Below are positions 8,965-18,379 of a stretch of 64,000 bases of DNA, piece after piece. The stretch covers positions 2,624,001 through 2,688,000 of the forward strand of contig CBDFMQ010000002.1 in NCBI GenBank assembly GCA_965249725.1. Reading direction: 5' to 3'. A program made the translations under genes and the position numbers. Below the pieces are notes generated by a model. That model searched no databases. It saw nothing but the letters and a program-made list of their open reading frames with translations, and was not told the origin of the DNA. Position 1 is the stretch's first letter; every line of letters starts with the position of its first letter. Source of the stretch: Longimicrobiales bacterium (GTDB taxonomy: Bacteria > Gemmatimonadota > Gemmatimonadetes > Longimicrobiales > Gaopeijiaceae).

Positions 8965-10817
8965 GGCTCGAGGAAGACTGTCTGATCCAGATTCTCTTCC
9001 CGATAGAAGGCCTCGATGAGCTCCCGATAGCGCGCCTCGACGGCTCTCCGCTTCACCTTCTGCGTCGGGGTCAGCGTGCCGTCCTCAATGGTGAAGGGGG
9101 ATTCCACCAAACCGATCTTCTTAGGCGTCTCGTAGCGCGCCAGTCCCCGCAGGGCGCCGAAGACCTGCTCCTCCATGAGTTCGTGCACTTCCGTCCGGGC
9201 CAGCAAGGCCGCGGGGTCGGAGACCTCGAGACCGATCTTCCGGGCCCAGGACTCCAGGTTCGGAAAGCTCGGGACGATGAGGATCACACAGAAGCTCTGG
9301 CGATCGCCGATCATCACCGCCTGCTCTACGAAGTCGTTCGTCTTCAGGAGGTTCTCGATCGGCTGGGGGGCGATGTTCTTCCCTCCAGCGGTGACGATGA
9401 TGTCCTTGATCCTGTCCGTGATCCGGAGAAAGCCGTCCTCGTCGATCTCGCCGACATCCCCCGAGTGGAACCACCCCTCCGCGTCGATGGCCTCGGCGGT
9501 CGCCTCCGGCAGATTGTAGTAGCCCTTCATCACCTGTGGGCCACGAATGAGGATCTCACCGCTCTCTGCAATACGAATCTCGGTGCCGGGCACGGGCTTG
9601 CCGACCGTGCCGATCCGGAAATCGTCGAACGTGTTCACGTTGGTTACCGGACTCGTCTCCGTCAGGCCATAGCCCTCGTGGATCCGGATCCCACAGGCGA
9701 AGAAGAAGCGATTGATGTCAGGGGCCAAGGGCGCTCCACCGCTGATGAAGTAACGGACCCGACCACCCATGGCCGCACGGATCTTCTTGAAGACCAGGGC
9801 ATCGGCGATGCGGTACACCGCCTTCAGAACGCCGCTCGGCTCGCGACCGGCCAGAGTCTCGTCGGCCCAGGCATCCCCGACCTCCCTCGCCCACTGGACG
9901 AGTCTCTTCTTCAGCCCCTCGGCCTCCATCACGGCGTTGTAGACCTTCTCATACAGGCGGGGGACGGATGGTATGATGGAAGGCCGCACCACCTTCATGT
10001 CGGTGGCCACACTCAGCATCGAGTGAGCGTACGTGGCCGTGACACCCTGCGAGAACAACAGATAGCTGACCATGCGCTGGAGCACATGCGAGAGCGGGAG
10101 GAAGACCAGCGCCGTGTCACCATCCCTGGGTGGCAGTACCTGGGACGCCGCCCAGACGTTGGTCCACAGGTTGTTGTGGGTGAGCATCACCCCTTTGGGA
10201 TTTCCAGTCGTTCCCGACGTGTAGAGCAGGGTGGCCAGGTCGTCGGGCTTGGTCTCCAGGGCCGCGGCTCGGAAGGCTACATCGTCCATCTCCGCAACGA
10301 CCTCGCGACCCTTCGCGAGAAAGTCCTCCCAAACCACGACGCCGTCCGGTAGCGAGTCCGAAGCATCGAACACCACAATCTGGAGGTCCCGGCCGACTTG
10401 CCGGGCCGCAGCACTCGCCTTCTGCGCCTGGTCCCGCGTCGACGCGAAGATGAGCGATACCCCTGCGTTCTCGACGATGTACGCTACCTGGGGGACGGTC
10501 AGAGTGCTGTAGATCGGTACGTCCAAAACACCGTTGCAGATGCAGGCATAATCGCAGACGGACCACTCGAATCGGGTCTCAGAAAGGATCGCCGCCCGGT
10601 CGCCCGCCTCGAGTCCCAACGCCTTGAGCCCACCTGCAACGACCCGCACGAGGTCGTATACCGCCCCGTAGGTCAGATCCTCGAGATGGTCGTCGTCTCC
10701 GGGGAAGTACCGGAACCCGAGTTGATCGCGCCGTTCGTCCACAGCCGAGAGGAAGAGCTGGCTCAGCGTCCCCGGCGGGAGATCAGCGGGATTGGACACG
10801 TAGTCTAGAGAGCCCAT
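8961..10817 (-). CDS. Long-chain fatty acid-CoA ligase (AMP-dependent)
   Basis: YTSGTTGNPKG, GYGLTE, GWFHSGD, TPTQKVKR; AGGAG RBS before ATG 10817. Confidence 0.93.
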   Translation of the reverse strand: MGSLDYVSNPADLPPGTLSQLFLSAVDERRDQLGFRYFPGDDDHLEDLTYGAVYDLVRVVAGGLKALGLEAGDRAAILSETRFEWSVCDYACICNGVLDVPIYSTLTVPQVAYIVENAGVSLIFASTRDQAQKASAAARQVGRDLQIVVFDASDSLPDGVVVWEDFLAKGREVVAEMDDVAFRAAALETKPDDLATLLYTSGTTGNPKGVMLTHNNLWTNVWAASQVLPPRDGDTALVFLPLSHVLQRMVSYLLFSQGVTATYAHSMLSVATDMKVVRPSIIPSVPRLYEKVYNAVMEAEGLKKRLVQWAREVGDAWADETLAGREPSGVLKAVYRIADALVFKKIRAAMGGRVRYFISGGAPLAPDINRFFFACGIRIHEGYGLTETSPVTNVNTFDDFRIGTVGKPVPGTEIRIAESGEILIRGPQVMKGYYNLPEATAEAIDAEGWFHSGDVGEIDEDGFLRITDRIKDIIVTAGGKNIAPQPIENLLKTNDFVEQAVMIGDRQSFCVILIVPSFPNLESWARKIGLEVSDPAALLARTEVHELMEEQVFGALRGLARYETPKKIGLVESPFTIEDGTLTPTQKVKRRAVEARYRELIEAFYREENLDQTVFLEP

Positions 10818-10866
10818 CCGATTCTCCTGTAGCTCTATGGGATCGCTGGAACGGGACCCACGGTCC

Positions 10867-11280
10867 TCAGACGCCCTCGACGACGGTCTCGAACTCGAGA
10901 TCCGGACGGAGGGTGTGGAGGACGCTGCAGTACGTGTCGGACGACAGCTGAATCGCGCGATCCACCTTGGGCCGCTCCTCTGCCGCCACACCTCCCAACA
11001 CGAAAGTCATACAGATCCGCCTGAAGTACCTGGGCTGATCGGGGTTCCGGTCGCCGTCGGCGCGAACCTCGAGGGAGCTCAACTCGACACGACCCTTCTG
11101 CAGAATCATCACCACGTCGATGGCCATGCAGCCCATCAGCCCCAAGAGCAGCGACTCCATCGGAGAGGGTCCGGCCTGGCTGGATCCGTCGATGGTCACC
11201 TCGGGTCCGGAACCGGAGCGACCCTCAAAGACGTCGCCCTGCCCGGTCCACCGCAGGGTGGCCTGCTTAGAAAAGGTCAT
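10867..11280 (-). CDS. OsmC family protein (YhfA-like, Cys/Cys)
   Basis: GPSPMESLLLGLMGCMAIDV and TYCSV. Confidence 0.9.
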   Translation of the reverse strand: MTFSKQATLRWTGQGDVFEGRSGSGPEVTIDGSSQAGPSPMESLLLGLMGCMAIDVVMILQKGRVELSSLEVRADGDRNPDQPRYFRRICMTFVLGGVAAEERPKVDRAIQLSSDTYCSVLHTLRPDLEFETVVEGV

Positions 11281-11734
11281 CCTGGGTGTGTTGGGGACCC
11301 TCTGCAGCAGGCGCGGATCCACCCTCTCCAGTGAGTCTAGCGAGGGTTTCCCGGGCGTGGGACACGTGCTCGCCGGCGTCCTGGCCAACAGGCGCGTGCT
11401 CCAGGAAGGCCCGCAGGTGTGGGATGGCTTCCGGCTCCTGCCCTGCCCTCACGAGGAGGAACGCGAGACCGTAATGAGCCCCTGGCGCGTTGGGGTTCTT
11501 CTGAAGCACGTGCCGATATGTCTTGGCGGCCTCTTCCGTCATGCCGATCCGAGTGTACGAGATCGCGATCTGCTGGAGCACCACCGAGTCGCCGGGCGAT
11601 TCCTTGAGTGCGAGCCGAAAGGACGTGAGGGCTTCGTGAAACTTGCCCTCCGCCATCAAAGCGAGGCCCTCGTCATAGTAGGCGACGCGTCCGGTGTCCC
11701 CGGATGTGCCGAAAACCTTTTTCCACCATGCCAT
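11267..11734 (-). CDS. TPR protein
   Basis: Three TPR-like units (YYDEGLALMAEGKFHEA...AHYGLA). Confidence 0.85.
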   Translation of the reverse strand: MAWWKKVFGTSGDTGRVAYYDEGLALMAEGKFHEALTSFRLALKESPGDSVVLQQIAISYTRIGMTEEAAKTYRHVLQKNPNAPGAHYGLAFLLVRAGQEPEAIPHLRAFLEHAPVGQDAGEHVSHARETLARLTGEGGSAPAAEGPQHTQDDLF

Positions 11735-11851
11735 GGAGGAAGCTCGGCCGCGAGAAATGGTGTAGCGAGACGGGTGAACGGATCACCGCGAAACGCCGAA
11801 TTGGGTTGGGAACGAAAGTAGAGAAGCCCGAAATGCCACGCAACGACAGGC

Positions 11852-12472
11852 TTACTGTCGAGCCGCCACCACAGCAGTCTCCTCCGAGACCAGAAGCTCG
11901 AGTCCGGCTTGCTCCAACGCGGAATCCCAGCCTTCGACACCACCCCACACGACCACACGGCCCAGGCGCGACACTACGCGCGCGGCCTCGGCGGCGAGGT
12001 TCCCCTCGTCTCCGAACATGGCCAGGCCCCGAAGGCTCTGATCCCGGAACGGTAACCGGGAGCCGGCCGTCAGTCGGCTGACTCCGTCGGCTTCGCTCCA
12101 ACCGCGAAGATCCGGCGAAATGCCTACGACCTCGACGGATGGCAGCTTCTCAGCGAGCGCACCGGCATGGCCGGCCATGCGCCCAAGGAGGACAAGGTGA
12201 CCGGCACCCTCGGTGATGCCGAGCAAGCCGGCTACCTCTATGAGCGTCGGAGATTCCGGCTCCTGGAGCGTCTCGCCGTCCGCGACCCCGCTCCTGGGCG
12301 GAGGCCGGAGGTCACCGAATCCGGCCCGGACGGGGTAGCGATCCCTGCAGTTTGGACAGCCGAGTTCACCCTCCAGGACACGCCGGTCCTCGAGGCGGTC
12401 GGCGAGAAGGATCAACCCGAACTCGGGCCCACAGCGGGGGCACGTGAGGCGGTCGGTGAGCAGCAGATCCAT
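11852..12472 (-). CDS. Trm112-like zinc ribbon fused to degenerate methyltransferase-like domain
   Basis: LTCPRC..EGELGCPNCRDRYPVRAG; LPFRDQS and EAARVV SAM-MTase remnants. Confidence 0.7.
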   Translation of the reverse strand: MDLLLTDRLTCPRCGPEFGLILLADRLEDRRVLEGELGCPNCRDRYPVRAGFGDLRPPPRSGVADGETLQEPESPTLIEVAGLLGITEGAGHLVLLGRMAGHAGALAEKLPSVEVVGISPDLRGWSEADGVSRLTAGSRLPFRDQSLRGLAMFGDEGNLAAEAARVVSRLGRVVVWGGVEGWDSALEQAGLELLVSEETAVVAARQ

Positions 12473-12509
12473 GGGGCCCGAGCGGACCTTGGTTAGGGAC
12501 CGGTGAGCA

Positions 12510-13097
12510 CTAGGACAACGGGCTGTGGTCGGCCATGCAGAGGCGGAGGAACTCGTCACGCGTCTTCTGATCACCGAGGAACGTGCCGCGCATGGCCGAC
12601 GTGATCGTCTTCGAGTTCTGCTTCTGAACCCCCCGCATCATCATGCACAGGTGGTAGGCCTCGACGACCACCCCCGCGCCCTCGGGTTCGACCAAGTCCC
12701 AGAGCGCCTGCACGATCTGCTCGGTCAAACGCTCCTGCACCTGAAGGCGACGAGCGAACACCTCGACCAGGCGAGCGGTCTTGGACAAGCCGACGATCTT
12801 GCCGTTCGGGATGTAGGCCACATGGACCTTGCCGAAGAACGGCAGCAGGTGGTGCTCGCAGAGCGAGTACATCTCGATGTCCTTCACCATCACCATGTTG
12901 CGATGGGACTCCTCGAAGAGAGCGTCGTTGATGACCTCCCCCGGAGACATGTCATAGCCCCGCGTCAAGAAAGACATCGACTTCGACACCCTTTCGGGGG
13001 TCTGCCTCAGCCCTTCACGATCCGGGTCGTCACCGAGCCGGCGGATCATCTCGGCCACCAAGTCCTCGAAGGAGGCTCCTGAAAGCTCACTACTCAC
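12510..13097 (-). CDS. folE: GTP cyclohydrolase I
   Basis: [32 protein letters not shown]. Confidence 0.97.
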   Translation of the reverse strand: MSSELSGASFEDLVAEMIRRLGDDPDREGLRQTPERVSKSMSFLTRGYDMSPGEVINDALFEESHRNMVMVKDIEMYSLCEHHLLPFFGKVHVAYIPNGKIVGLSKTARLVEVFARRLQVQERLTEQIVQALWDLVEPEGAGVVVEAYHLCMMMRGVQKQNSKTITSAMRGTFLGDQKTRDEFLRLCMADHSPLS

Positions 13098-13506
13098 CGG
13101 TGTACTCCACGTAGCTGCGAGGGGTCTCCCAGAGCGTGAGCTTGCTCAGCTCCACTCCTTCCGGCAGGCCGTCGGCGAGCCGGTTCCAGATTGCAACCAC
13201 CAGGTTTTCGGCCGAGGAGATGAGCCCCGTCATCCAAGGCACGTCGAGGTCGAGATTCTTGTGATCGAGATCCTGGATCACACGCGAGTCCACGAGGGAC
13301 TTCAACTCTCTGAAGTCGATAACGAATCCGGTTGCCGGATCGACCGGACCCTCGACCGTCACCTGAAGACCGTAATTGTGTCCGTGCCAGTTGGGATTGG
13401 CACAACCGCCGTATACCTCCTGGTTGCGCTCCTCCGTCCAGTCGGGATTGAACAACCGGTGTGCGGCGCTGAACTCTAGCTCCGTCGTGACTTTCACCCG
13501 GGGCAT
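13090..13506 (-). CDS. 6-pyruvoyl-tetrahydropterin synthase family (PTPS/QueD), CX5HGH type
   Basis: [28 protein letters not shown]. Confidence 0.92.
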   Translation of the reverse strand: MPRVKVTTELEFSAAHRLFNPDWTEERNQEVYGGCANPNWHGHNYGLQVTVEGPVDPATGFVIDFRELKSLVDSRVIQDLDHKNLDLDVPWMTGLISSAENLVVAIWNRLADGLPEGVELSKLTLWETPRSYVEYTGE

Positions 13507-13623
13507 GGGCTCCTCGTTGACGATTCAGGGCATGATCGATTCAAGTCGTACTCGGCACGCAACTTAGCGGAACAGCTACCGCGTCGCATGGCCGAGACAC
13601 TTCAGATGCCCCAGACTTAGGGC

Positions 13624-14370
13624 ATGCAGAATACGGAATCGAAAGTGGCGCTCGTGACGGGCGGTGCCCAACGCATAGGCGCCGAGTTGTGCCGGACCCT
13701 CCACGCGGCCGGGTACCACCTTGCGGTGCACTACCGTAGCTCCGGCGAGGCGGCCGAGGCCCTCGCCGAGGAGCTGAACGGTGTCAGGAGCGGATCGGCG
13801 GCGTCTTTCGTGGGCACGCTGGGTCCACGCGGTGCCGCAGAGGATCTGGCGAGCGAGGTCATAAGCCATTTCGGCCGCTTGGATCTGCTTGTGAACAACG
13901 CTTCGAGCTTCTATCCGACACCCATCGGTGGCGTCAGCGAAGAGGATTGGGACACGCTGATGGACAGCAACCTCAAGGGGCCCCTCTTCCTGTGCCAGGC
14001 GCTGTCACCCGCTCTGGGGCAGACCGGAGGGAGCATCGTCAACATGATCGACATACACGGCGAGCGACCCCTGGCCGATCATGCCGTCTACAGCACGGCA
14101 AAGGCAGGGTTGGCCATGCTGACGCGGTCCCTGGCCCGGGAGCTGGCTCCGACGGTCCGGGTGAACGGCATCGCCCCCGGGGCGATCCTCTGGCCTCAGA
14201 GTGACGACGAGGAGGACGCCGAGCGGCGGGAGCGCCAGCTGCTGAGGGTGCCGCTCGGGCGGAAGGGAGAGCCGCAGGACATCGCGGAGGCCGTACTGTT
14301 CCTCGCCGACCGCGCTCCATTCATCACCGGTCAGATTATCGCGGTGGATGGCGGGCGAAGCCTGACCTGA
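13624..14370 (+). CDS. folM: Pteridine reductase (FolM/PTR1-like SDR)
   Basis: TGGAQRIG, NNASSFYPT, YSTAK, VNGIAPG. Confidence 0.88.
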   Translation: MQNTESKVALVTGGAQRIGAELCRTLHAAGYHLAVHYRSSGEAAEALAEELNGVRSGSAASFVGTLGPRGAAEDLASEVISHFGRLDLLVNNASSFYPTPIGGVSEEDWDTLMDSNLKGPLFLCQALSPALGQTGGSIVNMIDIHGERPLADHAVYSTAKAGLAMLTRSLARELAPTVRVNGIAPGAILWPQSDDEEDAERRERQLLRVPLGRKGEPQDIAEAVLFLADRAPFITGQIIAVDGGRSLT

Positions 14371-14391
14371 GGTTGCCCCGCTCGCTCGGGA

Positions 14392-14544
14392 GGCTAGGGA
14401 ATGACCTGCGGACTCGATAGCCGCTTGAGGCCAGACGGTACAGTGGAGTGGCGGCACTCCCATGTACGGGTTCACGAGTAGCAGCCTCGGCCGGTCCTTC
14501 GAGAAGATTCTGTTCGTCGAAGGGATCTCGGTTCTACCCTAGCC
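14392..14544. ncRNA. Candidate structured RNA or palindromic element
   Basis: Terminal ggctaggg/ccctagcc pairing enclosing several internal stems; between convergent genes. Confidence 0.4.
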
Positions 14545-14568
14545 GTTACGTCAGGCGATATCCCGCTG

Positions 14569-15087
14569 TCAGGTCTCGGCCCTGGAGATCTGCACCCCGT
14601 TCCAGACGAAATCCACGCGCCACAACGCCTGGTCGCCCAAGTCGAAATCCTCCCACAACTCGGCGTAGCTGCGACCTATCGAGGGGTGTCTCTCCCCTCC
14701 GGCGATCTCGGCCAGCGGCCGTAGAACGAACGCGTTCTCGGTGATCTCCTGCCGGGGGAGCGAGACACCGTCGATCACGCCGGCGTGGTCGGCATACGTG
14801 AGAAGGTCCAGATCGAGCGTGCGGGCACTGAAGCGCGGAGTGTCTCTACGCCGTCCACCTCGATCCTCGATCGCCCGCAGCATCTGTGCCAGGGCTTCAA
14901 CACTCAGGGTGGTGTCGATACCCACGACGAGGTTGTAGAAGGGGTCTCCCTCGAATCCCACGGACTCGCTCTCGAAGACGGAAGACAACACGAGCTCCCC
15001 GCAGACCTCAGAGAGAGCATCCAAGGCGGCCTGTACGTGTCGTTCCCGCTCGATGTTGGTACCGACGCTGATATAGGCCCGAGCCAC
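14569..15087 (-). CDS. folK: 2-amino-4-hydroxy-6-hydroxymethyldihydropteridine diphosphokinase
   Basis: YISVGTN, FYNLVV, RTLDLDLL, NAFVLRPLAEI. Confidence 0.95.
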   Translation of the reverse strand: MARAYISVGTNIERERHVQAALDALSEVCGELVLSSVFESESVGFEGDPFYNLVVGIDTTLSVEALAQMLRAIEDRGGRRRDTPRFSARTLDLDLLTYADHAGVIDGVSLPRQEITENAFVLRPLAEIAGGERHPSIGRSYAELWEDFDLGDQALWRVDFVWNGVQISRAET

Positions 15088-15088
15088 C

Positions 15089-15184
15089 TACCGGCCCACG
15101 TACCGGCCCACGTACCGGCCCACGTACCGGCCCACGTACCGGCCCACGTACCGGCCCACGTACCGGCTCACGTACCGGCCCACG
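15089..15184. repeat. 12-bp tandem repeat x8 (taccggcccacg)
   Basis: Seven identical units and one variant; adjacent to folK start codon. Confidence 0.97.
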
Positions 15185-15207
15185 GCCGAAGCGTGATCAC
15201 CCGGCAT

Positions 15208-15564
15208 CTACGACCGCTCTCCCCGCTCGATGATGACGCCCACATCCGCGGCCCCAGTCACGGCGCCAGGTTTTCCAACTCGCAACCGCAGCCACTTCAC
15301 GCCGAATTCCTCCTGCACGATGTCCGAAACCGCCTCCGCCATCCTCTCCACCAACAGGAACTCGGTTCCTTCGACGAATCCGCTGACGCGCTTGGCGACG
15401 GCCTTATAGTCGAGCGTATCGTCGATGTCATCGCTGCCGGCCGCCCCCCGGATGTCGGTGGCCATCTCCAGATCGAGGCTCACCGTCTGGCGCACCTCAC
15501 GTTCCCAGTCGTTGATCCCGATGATGGTGTCGATCTTCAGATCACGGATGTATACAACGTCCAT
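15208..15564 (-). CDS. folB: Dihydroneopterin aldolase
   Basis: IIGINDWER, LDYKAV, FLLVERMAE, KPGA. Confidence 0.95.
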   Translation of the reverse strand: MDVVYIRDLKIDTIIGINDWEREVRQTVSLDLEMATDIRGAAGSDDIDDTLDYKAVAKRVSGFVEGTEFLLVERMAEAVSDIVQEEFGVKWLRLRVGKPGAVTGAADVGVIIERGERS

Positions 15565-15621
15565 TACGCCTCCTGAAACGGGCCGAAGGATAGCAGAATC
15601 AGGCCTTGAGGTAGAGGGGCT

Positions 15622-16997
15622 TCAGACCACCTGCAGCTTCCACTTCCCCTTCCGGAACAGCCACGCCGCAACGACCGCCTCCATCGAGAAGGCGAGCATG
15701 ACGGAGAGGTGGACCCCCCAGGGGCCCAGCCCGACCACCGTGGCCAGCCACCACGCAAGAGGTATCTCCCAGAGCCAGAAGCAGAACAGGTTCACCCAGG
15801 TGGGCGTCCACGTGTCTCCGGCCCCGTTGAACGACTGAATCAGGACCATACCGTAGGCATAGAAGAAGAACCCGGCGGACACGGTTCTCAACGCGAGGAC
15901 CCCGTTTCGTACCGTATCGGGATCCTGCGTGAATGCCCGGATGATGGGGTCGGTGAAGACCATGAAGACGATCCCGACCGCACCCAGGACCAGGAAATTG
16001 ATGAAGCCCGCGATCCACACGGACTGCTCCGCCCGGTCCGGCTTCCCGGCCCCCAGGCCCTGCCCCACCATGGTGGCCGCCGCATTGCTCATACCCCAGG
16101 CGGGCAGGAGCGCGAACAAGACTACCCGGATCGCGATGGTGTAGCCGGCTAAGGCGGCGCTTCCGAAAATCGCGATGATCCTCATGAGCCCGATCCATGA
16201 AGCCGTTCCGATGAACGTCTGGAACGTCGCCGAGCCGGACAGCCGCACGAGCCTCCACATGATGTGGAAGTCCGGCCGTAGGTGGGCCCATGTGACGCTC
16301 ACTCGTCCGATGCCGCTGAACAGCGTGGCCAACTGGATGCACACTGCGGTGCCCCGCCCGATTACGGTCGACACCGCCGCCCCCGCCACCCCCAACTCCG
16401 GAAACGGGCCGACGCCGAAGATGAGCAGCGGGTCGAGGATCAGGTTGATGGTGTTGGCGATCCAGAGCACCCGCATGGCGATGGTCGCGTCGCCCGCCCC
16501 CCTGAACCCGGCGTTGATCAGGAAGAGCAGCAGAATCACCCCGTTGGCGCCAAGCATGATCGTGGCGTAATCCGTGCCGGCCGCGATCACCTCGTCACTG
16601 CCACCCATCCACCCCAGGAAGCGCTCGGCGTTGAGCACTCCGATCACACCGAGCACTGCGGCCACGCCGATCCCCAGGAGAATAGACTGCGCGGTAGTGC
16701 GGGACGCGGCCTCGGGATCTCGCTCGCCCGTGCGTCGCGCCACCATGGCCGTGACCCGATGCTCAGTCCCACCGCCACCGTATAGACCAGCGTGAGGAGG
16801 GACTCGGTGAGGCCCACGGCGGCAATGGCTTCGGCGCCTAGCCTGGATACCCAAAAGATGTCGACGACCGCGAAGACGGACTCCATCACCATCTCGAGGA
16901 CCATGGGTACGGCCAGCAGCAGAATGGCGCGGCCTATCGGCCCTTCGGTGAAGTCCTGATTGGTCCCGCGCAGTGACTCTTTGAGGTCAGCCCACAA
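15622..16997 (-). pseudogene. MATE family efflux transporter with -1 frameshift (possible sequencing error)
   Basis: ORFs 16644..16997 and 15622..16854 join into one 458-aa MATE if one base is added to the C3 run at 16755-16757. Confidence 0.88.
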
Positions 16998-17026
16998 TCC
17001 CGCTCTCGGGGCTTCGGACGGAGGGG

Positions 17027-18244
17027 TCAGCTATCATCCTCCTGATCGGAGATCGGCCGTCCGTCCAACTCCTCGATGGTCTTCACCGAGGGTCCGCGGA
17101 CCCTCTGAATGCGCCTCGCGGCGGACTCCGCCTCCCTCCACGCCTTGAGGACGTTGCCGCCGGCGAGCTTGGCGAGGTCCTCCTCGCTCCATCCCCGGCG
17201 TGACAGCTCCGCGAACAGAGTGGGGAACGTCGATACGTCCTCCAATCCGACCGGAGTCGAGGAGATCCCATCGAAGTCCGACCCGATGCCAACATGGTCG
17301 ATTCCGGCTACGTCACGAATGTGCTCGATGTGATCGGCTACGTCGGCCAGGGTCGCCCTCGGCGCGTCTCCTGGACCCTCGTGCGTGCGGTTGGCCTCCG
17401 AAACGAATTCAGGCACGAATGTGACCATGACGACCCCGCCGTTCTCGGGAAGACGTCGCAATACTTGGTCGGGCACGTTGCGCAGGTGATTGGTCAGCGC
17501 CTGTGCGGACGAGTGAGAGTAGATGACCGGTGCCTCAGCCACGTCCAGGACGTCATTCATCGTCGCCGGAGAGGTGTGAGAAAGGTCTACGAGCATTCCC
17601 ATCCGGTTCATCTCACGGATGACCTCTGTCCCGAACTCCGTGAGGCCATCATGCTCCGGATCGTCCGTCGCGGAATCCGCCCAGTCGTTGTTTCCGGAAT
17701 GAGTGAGCGTCATGTACCGGGCGCCGAGATCGAAGTACGCGCGGAGCGCTCCCAGGGAGTTCTCGATGGCATGCCCACCTTCCATCCCCAATACCGACGC
17801 GACCTTTCCCTCTCCGTAGATCCGCTCCACGTCCGAGACCGTGTATCCCTGCTCGAACACATCGGGGTATGCCCGGATGAACTGCCGCGCGATGTCGATC
17901 TGCTCGAGCTGGAAGCGAGCGGCGCCCTCCTCGACCGACTCCATGGGGATGTACACGGACCAGAACTGCGCGCCCACCATACCGGCGCGGAGCCGTGCGA
18001 TATCCGTGTGTCCCGAGGTCGTCCGACGAAGGTCGTAGGCGCCCACGTCGTGAGGTGCATCGGCATCCTCTCGAATCGCCCAAGGAAGGTCGTTGTGACC
18101 GTCGAAAAGGGGCATGGCGTCCAGGACCCGACGGGCTTTCTCCATGTGCTGGTCCTGAGCCTGCGCGGCACTCGCCAGCAGCAGTCCAACCGCAACGAAC
18201 AAGCACGGACACTTCCAGGTACGTTTCCAGGTACGCTTCATCAT
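17027..18244 (-). CDS. Membrane dipeptidase (peptidase M19), secreted
   Basis: DGHNDLPW, GAQFWSVY, MEGGH, DLSH, YSHSS, IGSDFDG; signal peptide. Confidence 0.93.
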   Translation of the reverse strand: MMKRTWKRTWKCPCLFVAVGLLLASAAQAQDQHMEKARRVLDAMPLFDGHNDLPWAIREDADAPHDVGAYDLRRTTSGHTDIARLRAGMVGAQFWSVYIPMESVEEGAARFQLEQIDIARQFIRAYPDVFEQGYTVSDVERIYGEGKVASVLGMEGGHAIENSLGALRAYFDLGARYMTLTHSGNNDWADSATDDPEHDGLTEFGTEVIREMNRMGMLVDLSHTSPATMNDVLDVAEAPVIYSHSSAQALTNHLRNVPDQVLRRLPENGGVVMVTFVPEFVSEANRTHEGPGDAPRATLADVADHIEHIRDVAGIDHVGIGSDFDGISSTPVGLEDVSTFPTLFAELSRRGWSEEDLAKLAGGNVLKAWREAESAARRIQRVRGPSVKTIEELDGRPISDQEDDS

Positions 18245-18379
18245 CAATCGACACCTCATGAAGGGATTAGTTCTCACCGGGGCGACGGCTCCACGCCTCG
18301 TCGGCGTCGGCCCCATGCCTCGTCGGGATCCACAGGATATCTTTCGCGCACTAATCTCACCACAGTAAGGGAATTCGTC

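Noticed and set aside
14392..14544. 6S RNA, SRP RNA, tRNA-Sec or THF/ZTP riboswitch
   Set aside because: Only short similarities (GGGTTCA, AGCAGCC); no SRP helix-8 consensus, no cloverleaf, too short a distal arm for 6S, and located 3' of both genes
15089..15184. Tandem arrays (also 40175, 49645, 61314) as CRISPR
   Set aside because: Units are 11-15 bp, head-to-tail with no spacers, and no cas genes are in the window
17294..18379. 1637-aa ORF start at 17294
   Set aside because: The first ~360 codons are the antisense shadow of the dipeptidase; the signal peptide begins at ATG 18380
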